Of a stretch of DNA of 64,000 nucleotides, positions 29,160 through 43,040 are shown one piece after another (the first letter of the stretch is position 1; every line of letters begins with the position of its first letter). The stretch covers positions 22,903,826-22,967,825 of the forward strand of contig CM119264.1 in NCBI GenBank assembly GCA_051294375.1. The letters run 5' to 3'. The stretch is from Paraspadella gotoi. Lineage: Eukaryota; Animalia; Chaetognatha. The notes beneath the pieces were generated by a model that ran no database searches, had not been told where the DNA came from, and saw only the letters and a program-made list of their open reading frames with translations. A program made the position numbers and the translations under genes.

Positions 29160-32100
29160 TGATCGTACATCATCGACATTCGACTGAGCAAAGTCGTCGT
29201 CGTCATAGTCGTCGTTTTCTCCATTGTTTTTCGTCGTCATCATCGTCCTCGTTGGGAAACACCACGCCTCGAGGTTTCGTCGACCTCATCCAAAATTATA
29301 AATTCAAAACAGGTGGTAGTAAGATTAAAACATGAAGAAAAGCAAATGATCATCAAGAAATAGAAAGAGAATGTGAGAGTAAATAAATGATAGTAGTCTT
29401 AAAAAACATAATGGTAAATAGGCTTCCTCTTTCATTTCATTAATTATTAACCCGAACAGGGTTTTCAGAAATTGCTAGGCGGACTATGTTTCAAGTCCTT
29501 CCAGCGGGGTATTGGGATTAGTTTTCAATTAGCAATAACCGCGCCTCAGTTAAGACTTCACTGGCTACGGTATCGCCACTGCGCAAAGCTACCTGATAAT
29601 AATTCCATCGAGTTTATATAGGAAAAGACCAAATTCTAAAAAGTACTTCTCGTTTTAAAAATTAAAAGGGATTAGAAATAACAATTAAGCCGAAGCAACC
29701 AGTACTTTTTTTTTGAAAATTGTTTATTGTTTATCGACTTTAAAACTGCACCAAAAAATATAAACATTACCTCTTACATTTAAGTGCATATTCAGCATAG
29801 ATAATATTTCAGAACACTACAATATGCAAATGATATTTTTGTATTTCACTCTTTTACTTCTTTTTCAATCAAAAAGTTATAAACAATATTAAAGTGCTTA
29901 TTTGACTAATTAAATACAGAATAAAGTATTATTATTAATAATATTATTATTATACATAAAATAAAAAAAACCGAAATAACAATAAATAAAAAAACACACT
30001 GACCTTTCTCAAAGAAGTAGACCCATTCGTAGTAATCGAAGAAATTTTCTCGTCGCGCAAAAGTCGAAGGCACGAAAGTCGAAGAGGAAACGAAAATGCG
30101 CGCCGCTTTTTCATCCAACGAGTTCTCGAAAAAGACGCCGGAATTGGAACCGGAATTCGCGCCGCATCCGGTTTTGACGTCGGTAGTCGAGTCACGCGGA
30201 GTCTCGACGATCAAAACCTGAAGTCGGTGGACGCAATTCCACATCCAAAGCTCGAGCCTCTTATCGCCTCCGCCGGCGCCGCCGCCAAAGTTTGCCGAGC
30301 CGCCTACGGTGGCGCTCTTGGCGTTGAGACGGCGCTGCCCCGTGTTAGGTCGGCATGCATTGCCACTGGCGTTGCCGGCGACAAAGACGCGATGCCAAAC
30401 GCCAGGCGAAGGAGTTTTAGCGCCGCAATCGGCGAAACCGAGGGATCGGGGGTGCCGGGAATGGACGCCGGTAGGGGCGGCCGATTCGCCGGCGAATTTA
30501 TGACGTTTGGAGGCGCTAGTTGAGGAAGCGGCGCTCGGGGGCGTGGCCGAGGCAGTGTTGGTGGCGGGGAGCGTCGAAGCGACGACCGAACGCTGGTAGA
30601 TGACGTCGGCTTCCTCCACAGAGCAGAGGCGAACAACGGGGGATGACTTAGCACCGGAGGAGGAGGTGGTTAAAAAAGAGGAGGAGGAGCAGGAGGAGGA
30701 GGAGGATCTCTGGTCAAACTTAAAGCGATTCCCTTGGGGTTTAGTTCGTCTCACGTGACTTTGGCTTTCATCACAAATGCGGTTCTGTGAAAGAAAGAAA
30801 ATAAAGAAAGGGGAGTAGATTTCAATAGAAGGAAAAGAAAAAAAGCTTTGTTCACAGCAGCGGCCGTAGCACAGGGTAAGTCTCTCTTCTTTTTTTCGGC
30901 GTAACTCACCCGGAATCCTTTTCCGTCAAAGCTGAACTCCGCCCCCTGTTTCGTCGCCGCTGTCTCGCTCTCGTCGACCGGCGTCCCGGCGTCGTATGAA
31001 GCGGCGCTCAAAATAGCGACGCCGACCGCGGGATGGCGCGAGAAGGGACGCCGGGGCGGACCTACGGAAGAGTCGGTTACGAAAGCAAAACAAAAAAGTA
31101 AATCAGATATATATTAACGCAGGCCACGCTATTTTATATCAATTATTTAAAAAAAAAGCTAAATTATTTATCGTCAATCTCTTTTTAATATAAGATGATA
31201 TCGCGTTAACTAATTATAGACGTCAATTCTAGAAAAAAATAATTAGAGCTTCAAGGGAAAGTAATGTAAAGTAAGGGTAGTATGAAAGAAAAAATATCAG
31301 ACAAGCGAGCATGTTTTTTAAACGAAAGAATAATTTTCATGTTGGCTGTTGCAATTTTATAAAATAATCGAGTCACTCATTAACCCACGACGACAACGAC
31401 GACGACAACGACGACGTTATAGATCGTCGTCAGAACACTTAAACTGTCTATCGGATCAGGCTTCATTTAACCTTTTAAATTTTGACCTTGTTTTTCCTTT
31501 GAATCCATTCACCAGTATTNNNNNNNNNNNNNNNNNNNNNNNNNATTGATTTGACTCTTTTACCTGTTTTATTTCCTCTTTTGATGATTTTTCGGAATCA
31601 TGTAAATCATGTAAACTGTAAATCACTTGTTAATATCATTGTTTAAATCATTTCCATAAACAACTCGTTTCTTCTCTAAGAAAAGTCATTTACCTGTAAC
31701 ATATAGTATTATAAATAAGCTGATTAACAAACACCCTTTCGCCGCTTACCCGCTTTCCCCAGCTGGCTCCGCCGTCCGGCGGCCCTCGGCACTTCCGGAG
31801 GTTCCATTGGTTGCCCCGTCCGTCATTCGGACCCCCACCCTCTCCAGGACATGGGACTCAGTCGCCAAGCATTGTGGCGCTATCGCACATTCTCACCGTC
31901 GTGAGGGGGCGTACTGCACCGAATCCCGAGCTCGAGACATTCTGGGCCGGAATTTCCAGCAGAATTGACGACAGCGCCAATCTTTTGCCGTCTGACCAGA
32001 ACGACGATGCTGGTGATACTATGACGCGATTATTCTAAAGGTGGCCGCGACGATGTCGGGCGGACGGCGTCGCCCCGGTCGCGTTCTAGGGATGACGGGA

Positions 32101-32200
32101 GCCGGGGGGGAAAGAATCCGGAATAAACGACCGTGATATAGAGGTGCGTCGCACCGAAAATCAAATCGAAGTGTCGTTTATGACTTGGTTGTCGTTTCAT
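29160..32200 (-). CDS. Unknown spliced gene (noisy 5' exon ~32200-31751; exons 31061-30910 and 30784-30004; last exon near 29285-29160)
   Basis: Phase-consistent GT/AG junctions at 30910/30784. The 282-aa ORF includes LELWMWNCVHRLQVLIVE and RRENFFDYYEWVYFFEKG, followed by a GTCAGT donor. Confidence 0.5.
29449..29590 (-). ncRNA. U4: U4 spliceosomal snRNA
   Basis: Minus strand reads AGCTTTGCGCAGTGGCGATACCGTAGCCAGTGAAGTCTTAACTGAGGCGCGGTTATTGCTAATTGAAAACTAATCCCAATACCCCGC...GACTTGAAACATAGTC..GCAATTTCTGA plus a 3' hairpin. This is collinear with metazoan U4 (U6-pairing stems, 5' k-turn stem-loop, Sm site); 142 nt. Confidence 0.96.
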
Positions 32201-32467
32201 CTCGAAAACCAAAAATCCAGAAAGAATATTCGATCATTTTTTTGAAGAAAAAATACAAATCGGATGGATGACGAGCGGCTATGATAATATGATTGACGCA
32301 GGATTTCCTGGCAGGGATTTGTTACTATTTTTGTTTTGGTTTTTTTTGGTTTTTGATCTGCTCGGATCGCATGGTAACAAAACTGCACTGCTCCTCACGC
32401 TCGATTATCCTCTCCAAAGATTTGTTACCGTCGCGAATGTCGCTCGCAGTAGATTGATAGAACGGTT

Positions 32468-35400
32468 CTTCGAAGGAAGCCTCCAGCGGCGACGAACGTG
32501 GCGAAAATTGACGGTGAAGAAATTGTAAATGATTAATGTATCCTGGTCTCCTTGGTCACCTTCATTTTTTTTCAAAATAATTTATTTTTTTTCTCTTTTT
32601 CTTGACCGTTTAGGCGAAGGTATGATCGAGTTCCGATTACGACCTTCCCCAACCCACGTGACACTCCCCTTTGCATAACCGCGGAAGACACGACGAATTT
32701 CGCCCGCCGACGTACCGCACTTTCCGCTTTGGGAAAGATTTGGAACAAAGTATTCCTAAGTTGTTTGGTTTGGCTTGAACTCTGTTCCCGAAGCGCCGTC
32801 GACTCGGCCGGTGTTTGAGCTTTTGTTGTTAAACATATTCTCGGGAAAATCATTTTCAATTAATCTAACCCAATCGTCAATAAATAGCTCTAATCATCAT
32901 AAAAACAAAAATCATGACTTCAATCAATTCAATTTCTCCTTGCGTCCTCTCCTATTTCCTCACAGCTCCCTACTTCATCAGGCACTACGCACCGGCCGCT
33001 GGCCAATCCTCCATCGCCTCCAAGCGCCGCCCTCTTCTGACTCGTGCCACCTCCGGTTCCTCGACGACGCATCCTCCGCCTCCGCCCGACCTGGAAATGG
33101 AGGACGCGTCCGGGCCAACGCCCACCTCCTCCTCAGAGCGCTCCTCGGCTCGATTCGCGCCACCTGGGACGAAGATTCTTCTCTCGTTCCGGTTTATGAG
33201 CATCGGCGCCGGATTCGAGAGCGAGACGACGCTCCGCGCCCCTTTGCAGAACAAGCCCGGCTAACCGCCGGACAATCCTACTGCGTCCGTTAGTACGACA
33301 TCGAAAATTTTTTTGGCGCTGCCGCGGAAACTCGGACAGGGTGAGCAATTGATAATAGGCGGGTGGGAAAATTGATATCTTCATGGATTCAATAGTTCCC
33401 CAACATTACTTATCAATCCAATCAATCAAATCAATCATCCTTTATTATTCTTAACAGAAGCTTGCCATCACAGTCTCTCTCGTTTTCATCTCTCCCTTTT
33501 GACCGACTCTCACTTCATGGAGAGACACGCTGATGAGAAAGGGAATGACTCAGGTCAGCGACTTTTCACACGAGTAGTAACGAGCGGAGGGTGACAAACT
33601 CGTTAACAGGAGGGGTTGTCAAACCGTTTAACAGTGAGTGAGTCAAACCTTATTAACAGAAGACGATTGTTCATACGTTAACAGGAGGGAGTTCTAATAC
33701 GCGCGTTAACAGGGGATGGAGGGTGTCAAACCGTTAAAGGGAGCGTGTCATTACCGTTTACCAGGGGAATGGGAAGTGTCAAACCGTTAACAGTTGATAG
33801 GTGTCAAAACCGTTACAGATCGGGTCATAACGTGAACAGTTTGAGGGCGAACTTAACAAATGGTTGAAAATGTGGTCATTTTACATGACTAAGACTAAAT
33901 GAGAACTATGTAAAAAATAAAAATCAAATCAAATGAACACTAAATAGTATTTCAGTAAATACCTCAACTAATTATTTTTGTTTATTCCCGCAGGATCGTT
34001 CCGTCACGCCTCCTCCTCTATGCCTCCTCCTCTTCCTCCTCATTGCCCGCCCCCATCCTTTTTGATCGAACTCCCGCCCCGCCCATATACACTCCCCCAA
34101 ACCCGTCTGACGCTCCAAGCGTGGCCGGTCGTCCTGCCCCCAACGTCCGTCCGTACTGTTTCGATTTTGTTCAACTCTACCAACAAATGCCGAACCAACA
34201 GGCAGCTCGTTCCAGCGGAGAAAATCAAAAACTAGACCAACGAAAGAGCATCGCGCTCCGAGCGGTCGATTGGATGCATCTTCTTTTCCCTATTTAACCA
34301 TGACTTTTTCGACTCATTGAAATTTTTACGAAAAAAATGAAAAGCGCGTAGTAAATATGTAATGACTCGCTCCTCATCGTATGAAGTTATCTATTATAAT
34401 TCTCCCGCACTTCTCGCATAAGTTTTGTCACTGCAGGCTTCCTTACCCGGACCGCCTGCCTTGGACGACGGCTTACCCCGTGATTTGGATCACTTACTTC
34501 GTCCCCAACACATTGGGAAAACGCCGCTGAGATGGAAAGGTCAATACCGATGGAAAAGGAGCAGGCAGTAAGTTAATTTGCTGGTGTCAGGAATTACGTG
34601 ATTCCAATGCAATAGAATTTAGATAACTTGATTAGTGGATAAGATAATATAGAACGGCGTCAGATAAGGAATGTTCAAAAACTAAGGATTGAGACTAAAG
34701 ATACAAAACAAATATTGAGAGGAATTTTGTAGAACTGTATAGTTAGATATTATGATATAATAAAGAAATCCTGTGTGAATACATAAATAAATATGTTGTT
34801 GGCACAAAGAATTGCGTTTTCGTTTATTTCTATCTGATATTTAAGTTTCAGTGTACTATTCAACCGAATTTATTCTAACTATATCCATTAAGCCATGACG
34901 CCCGTGCGTTCGCCAAGCCCCTCCCGCGCTCCCTCCCGCGCCGCAGCGCCCTCCGTCGCAACTTCATCCGATCTCCGACTTTCTCGCATCCGTGCGCCGA
35001 CAAACATCGACTGGACGCCGCCTCGCCGACCTCCGCCATTCTCGAATCGCCTCCGCGACTGGTCGAAGAGAGACTTCGATGCTACTCGACGTCGTACGCC
35101 GAGAGAAACGACGACAAATATGGTAGCAAAACAGCATTGAACTAATATAACATACAATTTACTCTCTTTCATCTCTTTCTTATCTCTCGGTCTCTCTCAT
35201 CATCTCTCTCTCTATTCTAAATTCTAGTTACGCATATGCAATATCTATTCTATCTATCTATCTGATGCTATCTATCTATCTATGCGTATTCTATCGTATC
35301 TATCGTATCTATCTATCGTATTACTATCTTTCTCTCTCTTTCTCCTCTTTCCTCATCTCTCTCTTGTCATAATCGTTCAGTATATCTTCTGGTACAAACT

Positions 35401-36188
35401 TCCGAAATTTTTGCAATAGAAAAATCAATCAAAGTCAGTTTATCACGTTTATAATTACTGATACAAAATTGAATAAAGGAGCAGAATAAAATATAGGAAA
35501 TTAAGATTATGTCACAGCATTCGAGAAAAAACAGTAAGAATTAATTGAAAATCATCGTGATATCTCATCTTTTTGTACCCAGATGCAATTAGCGAGAAAT
35601 TGTCGGCGAGGACGAAAAGTAAGCCGAAGAAAAAATAAGAAAAAGAGAGAGACGGAGAAAGAAAACAAACAATATATATAATAACCAAATAAATCGACCA
35701 GGAGATATAAATGAAAATTGTCGAGATGATAAGGAAGGTGGAGTTTTAATGAAAATACATAAAATGCTTACCCATAGATACAATCTGACCATTCCGCAGA
35801 CTCCATGTGACGACAAACTGCACAAATTAATTTTATATCACAAAACCAATTTTAAAAATAATTTAGGCCAAAGACATGAAATCCGTTCACTTCCAAAATT
35901 CCGGTCTTTCTCAATCTAGTGAGCTTTTGTTTGCAAAAACTTAAATCTAAACAAACAATTAAAATAAATATGGAAGCGAAACAGGAAAACAGGAAACAGC
36001 GTCGTTGACTGACCGTCACATCAGTCGGTCCGCGAGAATCAAAAAGTCTTTCGCCAAGCGACTTTCAACTGCTTCGATCCAACTCTCTCCCCATGACTGC
36101 AGATCCTCCAATTGGTGTCCGATTCGTCGAAGGTCAAAGCGCGACTGGGAGAGCGGCTTGGCCCATTGATGACGTCATGTGGTGCTCC
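32468..36188 (-). repeat. Indel-rich inverted copy of 19305-22378 lying between two 25-N gaps
   Basis: Reverse complement matches collinearly, including the GTTAAC minisatellite, the GATA run and the end of the acidic exon. Differences are dominated by insertions. Confidence 0.9.
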
Positions 36189-36316
36189 CATCTGTACTTT
36201 TTCGAAAAAAAAAGTCGGGGCTTCGGGCTGAACCCAAAGACAAATTGTTCTTTAATTAAAGCCTGAAACGACAAAAAAAAAGAATTATGAGNNNNNNNNN
36301 NNNNNNNNNNNNNNNN

Positions 36317-36875
36317 ATTGTAAATCATTGTAAATCATTGTAAATCATTTCCATCAAACAACTCGTGTTCTTCTCTAAGAAAGTCATTACTGGTAACCAT
36401 TATATTATAAATAAGCCTCGATTTAACAAACACCCTTTCCGCCCGCTACCCGCTTTCCCCAGTGCCGCTCCGCCTTGAATCCGCTTGGCACCCTCGGCAT
36501 GGCGCAGCCGCATTTCCTAGTCGCGTTTAGCGCCCGAATTTCCGGTCGAATTTCCGGCGAATTTCCCAGCAGAAATTGACGACAGCGCCATCTTTGCCTC
36601 GACCAGAACGACGATGCTGGTGATACTGAGCGATTATTCTAAAGTGGCCGACATGTCCGGGCGGACGGCGTCGCCCGTCGGTCTAGGATGAGGGGAGCCG
36701 GGAAAGAATCCGGAATAAACGCCGATATAGAGGGCGTACGCACCGAAAATCAAATCGAGTGTCGTTATGACATTTGGTTCGTTTCATCTCGAAAACCAAA
36801 ATCGAAAGTCAATTATTCATATTTTTTTGAGAAAAAAAAAATCGGATGACGAGGGATTTGTTACTATTGTTTTTT
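36317..36875 (+). repeat. Noisy direct copy of 31590-32345
   Basis: Shared blocks such as GACCAGAACGACGATGCTGGTGATACT and AAGAATCCGGAATAAACG. Confidence 0.9.
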
Positions 36876-37322
36876 GTTTTATTTATAATTTAATAATCCT
36901 TAAATATTTGTTTTGTCATTGAGATTATCAGCGTTAAATTTTTTTTTTGTGAGTCTTGATCGATCTCCTCCTAAGTCAGGGCGGCTCGAGCCTTCGAGTC
37001 GAATGCATCTTTTTTCTATGTTTAAGTTTTAAATTTCGAAAAAAAAAAGTCGGCGGCTTCGGGCTGAACCCAAAGACAAATGTTCATTAATTAAAGCTGA
37101 AACGACAAAAAAAAAAAGAATTAGAGATATTTTTTTAAAGAAAAAAAAAAAGAAAAGAAAGAAAGAACAAAAAAACGAAAAAATAATCATATTATAAAAC
37201 GAAAAAACGGAAATGGGCGGAAGGAAATGGATTTAGGAATTACTGAATTACAGATAGTCCGCTGTCAGAAGGGCACGTGAAACAGAGAGAGAGAGAGAGA
37301 GATGAGAGAGAGAGACGAGAGA

Positions 37323-37355
<33 letters not shown>

Positions 37356-37845
37356 GAGGGCGCGGAGACCGAAGACCGTGGACGAGACGTGAATCAATCC
37401 GAATTTCCTTATCTCCAAAATGTGACAGCCCGAGATGTTCTGTCTCCTTCACCATTCCCCGACCTCCCGAGAAACGCAACGACGCCAAGTAGGATTCGCT
37501 CTATTTTGTCCGCTTAGATTTCGTCCGTGGCCCCTTGTGCATTGAGACAATTCTCTATTCCGCGCATTTTCTCGCCCTCCTCCCCCTTACTTTTACCCCT
37601 CTAATGTCTACTCCCCTTTTTTTGCCCCTTTTTTCTCTTTACCCCTTCCTGCCTGTACCGCTAATCTCCAATCACGGACGACAAAAAAGATCAATGTTTG
37701 CACCGGCGCTGATGTCGGCGGCGGAAATCGGGTCTTCGTCGGCCGCATCGGCGTCAGCGTCTGTGGCGAGCCGCGCCCACATCCGGTTCGAAATCGATTT
37801 CAGGAAAGAAGGTCACACTTTTTTTCAGTGACGAAAATCGATCTT

Positions 37846-37877
<32 letters not shown>

Positions 37878-38535
37878 TGTCTTCCTCACTGCCGTCGTCG
37901 TTGTCGTCGTCGTAATTTGGTTTTTCTGTTTGTGTTTTTCTTATGCAAACAAAAAAGTTACGAATTCGAGAACTACAGTATTTATTTAGTCTTTAGAACC
38001 ATTCATTCAATTTAAAAAATACGAAACATTTTTCAAAGAATTTTTCATGCTTTAAAGTATAATGAAGTTGGTTGAGCTTTTAAATTAAAAATGAAAGTAA
38101 CCAACTTATTTTTACTTATACCGTATCTGCAATGACACGTTTTTAAAATTTTCTTGCATTGTAAAAATCATTTAGATCAAATAGTACCCTGATTTGCCCA
38201 CTGTTGTTGAACGTCATTATTATTTATTGTGTAGACTGCAGTTGTCGGTTTGTTGGTTAGTAATGCTTGTAGTGTTATCTTTTTCGCCGTCGGTTTTCGT
38301 GGACTTGGAATGAGTCACGATTCTTATCAGCGCAGATTTTCTTTCGCAAAATAAAACAAATTCGAGTTTCAATTTTAAATTCTTTATTTTTTTTTCAGTC
38401 GAAACACGAAAGAAAATTTCAGTTTTCTGACTCGATAGTAAAAAATGTCGTTCGTTCATGAAGTAAACCGTCAATAGACGATTTCCTAGAAATTAAATTG
38501 GAAATCTGAAGGACTGTGAAGGGCTGAGAGAGAAC

Positions 38536-38592
<57 letters not shown>

Positions 38593-40241
38593 CGTTTCTG
38601 CTCGAGAGACGCAGCGGCGCAGAGGCAGCGATGTTTCTCACCAAACAGGCACGGGATCTCTCTCTCTCTCTCTCTCTTTCTCCCTAATCCTCTCATCCAT
38701 CCCAGTTCGCAAGGGCGATGCTCTTTTGCTCGATTTTTCTTCGCCAGGTTAGAACAAGGCAATACGCGGAAGATGTCGCAGCAATTATTCAGTTAACTCA
38801 TTATCATCTCCAATTGAAAATAAAATGGAGAGAAATTGTTACTAGCCTATTAATACTATATTAATATGTATATAATACTAAATAGTCTTTACAAACGAAA
38901 CAGCAAGTTAAACATAATAATAGTTCAATATAGCTTGAAATAAAGTTATCGCAACATTAGATACTGACTCTGTACAATGTACAAACTTATATTCCCCTTT
39001 GAACACGAGCGAAGAAGCGCGAAATCACCAGTAAATTCATTCATTATTTTGTTTATTATCGTAAAGTTTTAACAAATTAATCATCTTTGTCATGTTTTTA
39101 CCACTCGCTTGGCCGAGTGACATCTGGTTTCACAGCCAGAAAAACATTAGACCAAAAGTATACTTTAGAATATTAAAAAAAATAGCAAAACATTTTGAAA
39201 TAATGAATATCAATGAAAATTCAAAAAAATGTATACAAATAGTAGGCTTGGTCAGATTTTAAAACTTTTTTAACAGAATTTAGCACTAATAGTGCGAAAA
39301 GACTTTCCTTTTCGTTTTAAAAATGAGAGAGAAAAAAAAGCTTATTTTCGTTTACAAACGAGTTTTAATTTTTTCGAAGTCTTTCTTCAGTGCAAAGTGA
39401 ATTGATAAAAATTTTTCCAAACATTATGTTGAAGAGAGAAAAAGAGAGAGAGAGAGAGAGAGAGATAGAGAGAGAGAAACTGTCCAACAAAGAATAAAGG
39501 ATAGTGTTGAGGGTGAGAACAGCTGAAGGTAAGGACAGGAGAGACAGAGAGAGAGTGAAGAGAAACGAAGTAAGATCATTTGAGAATAAGTAGTGAGCAA
39601 TGTTTGGAAAAATTTTAATACTGCGCCGAAGAAGACTCGAAAAAAATCTTCGAATCATAACTACTTGTCCTACCTTTCATCCCCACATTGACTCTTCTTA
39701 TAATTTAATATTATGCACACTTTTGCACAGTGCCTCATTCTGTAATTATTCTATCCTGTCCTTTTTTTCTCCACTGTGACGCATTCTCTAATTATAACGT
39801 CTTTCAATTTCCTTTGAGAGACTCGTCTTTCAGAATATTTTTCAGAGAACAATAAAGGGGACGGACGTCTCAAGACGTCAATCTCATAGTCGTCATTTTC
39901 GTCGTCGTCGTCGTCGTCGCCCCTTTTGTACTCGACGTCTACGCAGTCTTTGAAAGAACACATCAGCTTTGTCAGCGTCGTTGTTGTGGTCGTCGTTGTT
40001 TTGTTGTCTAAACAAGTGACAACTTTCATTTTTCTCTTTTTGCTTTATTAGCAACTTTCTGTCATCGTCGTCATCATAATCAACCATCATCATGATCATC
40101 GTCATCATCGTCATAATTATAAATAACTACAATCACCTTCGTATCAATATTTTTTTTAACAATAGTAATTTATCATAGACGTTATCATTATCATTATCAT
40201 CGTCATCAGAATCAGCTGCATCAACTTCATTTATTCATAAG

Positions 40242-40290
<49 letters not shown>

Positions 40291-40305
40291 GTCATCATCA
40301 TCATC
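40242..40305. repeat. (ATC)n microsatellite in a low-complexity region
   Basis: CATCATCAT run. Confidence 0.9.
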
Positions 40306-40657
40306 GCAATCGCTTTTCTCACCATAATCACCTTCGCATGGTTGCATCATTATGCAAAGAGCGAAAAAGTATGAATCGCTATCGTCGTTCGAATTTCCAT
40401 GGCATTCGCCTCTTAATTATACCCGGAATCATTAATACTAATATCGTTATCGTATTCATTATCACAGCAAAAATAGCGTTATCATCGTTCTCACCTTTAT
40501 CCGCTTCGCTTTATCACCGGGGCCATTGCCGTTTCGTCACATTTTCCCATAAGCCTCATAGATTTCGCCGGTCGTCGTCGTCGCCACTTTTTTTCCCAAT
40601 ATCCCTTCTTTGACATGAACTGCGGGCCATCGGACCTCCTACTATTCATCATCATCG

Positions 40658-40689
<32 letters not shown>

Positions 40690-41104
40690 AACTCTATTGT
40701 CGTCGTTGTGGTCGTTATTGTTCTCTCATTCGTCGTCGTTGTTGTTTTCTTCGATTTTACATTTTTAAGAGTGGCTAAATCCTAAATCTTTGACGATCAG
40801 AACGGTGCACGGCCATATCTCTGTGGTTTTGTCTAAAGGTATTCGTCGCTTTATAACAAATCTTCGCCGATCTTAAATCGTTTGGACATAAAAGTTTTCT
40901 TTGGATTGCCGTTAAGAATCTCTTAAATCTTATTTGTACATGCAGAGAGTTAAAACAGTATTGATTAAATTTAGAATGATAGAACTTCTTAGTCGATATA
41001 TCTGATTTTAATACTTTCTTTGTTTTCACCTTCTTTCCTTCTCCCCATCGCTCTTCTCCTACTCCTGCTCCTCCTCCTCCTCCTCCTCATTCCCCATCGG
41101 TGGT

Positions 41105-41298
41105 TACCCCAGGACCCGAGACTCCCCAGGGGGCGGAAAGTCATCCCAACCGCGAGTGAAAAGGCGCCACGTTTCGCGGGGGAGGGAAGGAGAGGGGAGG
41201 GAGGAGAGGAAGGGGGCGCTGCGGAATTGAGGAGAAGACGAGGAAGGATGGAGTAAAAAGCTGATGAGAGAGAATGAGAAAAGAGAGAGAAGAGAAAG

Positions 41299-41371
<73 letters not shown>

Positions 41372-42470
41372 TGGGAGAAAATGAGAAAGAGATGAAGGAA
41401 AAAGACGTCTTAAGTCTTAACATAATTGTTGTATCAAGTTAAAATCGATAAGAATGACTGCAGCTAAAAAGAAACTAATGGAAGATCATTAGGAAACCAT
41501 TTCTGCAAATTGGCACAATGGGCTGAAAAAGACTGGCCTTTTTTGGCTAATGGGTTAGTCCTCGGTTTCCGCTTTAAAAGAAAAAATAGGGTTACTGTGC
41601 TCCCGAGCGATCCTGTGAAAGGAGAAACCTCTGTGATTGTGGTGAAACAGTAAGTGCCGTGAATTGGTAGGGCGGAGAAAAATCGGAAAAATCCAACTGA
41701 AAGGGAAAGAGTTAGCGGGGCGTTTCGCGTGTGGAAGGGACTGAGAGGAGAAAGGAAGAGAAAATGAAGAAGTGGAATGAGAAAAATGCAGAGTTTCAAT
41801 ATGAGAGTGGAGAAAAGCAGAAAAGAGATGAGAGAGAAGAAAAGAATAGATGAGAGAAGATTTTAAGTAGATAACGAGTGTGTTTGAGGCGAAGAGAAAG
41901 AGGTGGAATTAGTAAAAAGGAAGAAAATTCTTTCTGATAGGGCCGTTTACCGACCACTTCATCTGATACGATGAAGCTACGCTTAACTCCTGGGAGTGAT
42001 ATAAAACGAGTCTGTGAGCATTGAGTCCTTGGATTGAAACGTTGCTCAACGCGACATCGCGCATGTCCATCTTTATCCTTGTGAGAATGTCGCGTGAGGG
42101 CCTTAAACGCAATCGTCGATCCTGTCCATTGAACAAGTGTGCCAAAGTCAGGATATCGACAGACCTACGTTCACTTCATATTTAAATGAAAGCTAATTTT
42201 TATATTGGGTTATACCATTTCTTTAGGAGGAAAAAATATATTGGAAGTATATATAATCCATAGGAAGAGAAAATACGAGGGAAAACAAAAAACTCAGAAG
42301 AAAAAACGAAGGAAAACGAAGGAAAGAAAGAAAAATGGAGGAAGAAACGGGGAAACGGAGGACACCACGCAGCGTGGTAAGACGGAGAAAACTCGTAGCG
42401 ACGTTGAAGGACGACATACTCTCTCTCGGCATCGAGAGGTTCGAGAGTCGTCTCTTGGGCTGAAAGCGGC
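41105..42470 (-). CDS. Internal exons of an unknown gene
   Basis: Exons ~42460-42366 (AQETTLEPLDAEREYVVLQRRYEFSPSYHAAW), ~42164-41951 (SVDILTLAHLFNGQDRRLRLRPSRDIL...YQMKWS) and ~41697-41630 join in phase with GT/AG. Confidence 0.45.
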
Positions 42471-42893
42471 GGAAACGAGGAGTTGTGAACAAGTTTCTTG
42501 TGAATGGCTTTCATCTGGCCAAAAAAGTTTTTCTAACTATATCGCTTTGTCACTTCAGCGTCTCAACGCGGTCGCTCCAATTTATAATTTTTCGGTTTCA
42601 ATTCCCCCTTTTGAGGTTGGAAATCAGCCTTCAGCCCCAGTTGCATGAGTGTTCGAAGAAGGAGGTTCCAAAAAGAATCACGACAAAAGAGGTGCGAAAG
42701 CTTCTGCTGAAACCTTTACAAAATTTCTGGGCGCTATCTTTCGCGTGGTTGAGGAACGGAGCATACAAAGAGTGAGTGATGGTAATTGATAGCGATGGAG
42801 GATGGCGCGGTCATCATTTTAAGCCGTCGAAAGAGATTGGGCCATTAATCCGAGAATCATGGGCGGAGAAAAGTACGGCCTTTCGAGGGCTGG

Positions 42894-42971
42894 GCGGAAT
42901 TGAGGAGAAGACGAGGAAGGATGGAGAAAAGCTGATGAGAAGAGATGAGAAAAGAGAGAGAGAGAAAAGCG

Positions 42972-43040
<69 letters not shown>

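Noticed and set aside
32468-36188. Inverted pseudogene or large hairpin-RNA locus
   Set aside because: The insertion-dominated error pattern and flanking 25-N gaps fit raw long-read fill better.
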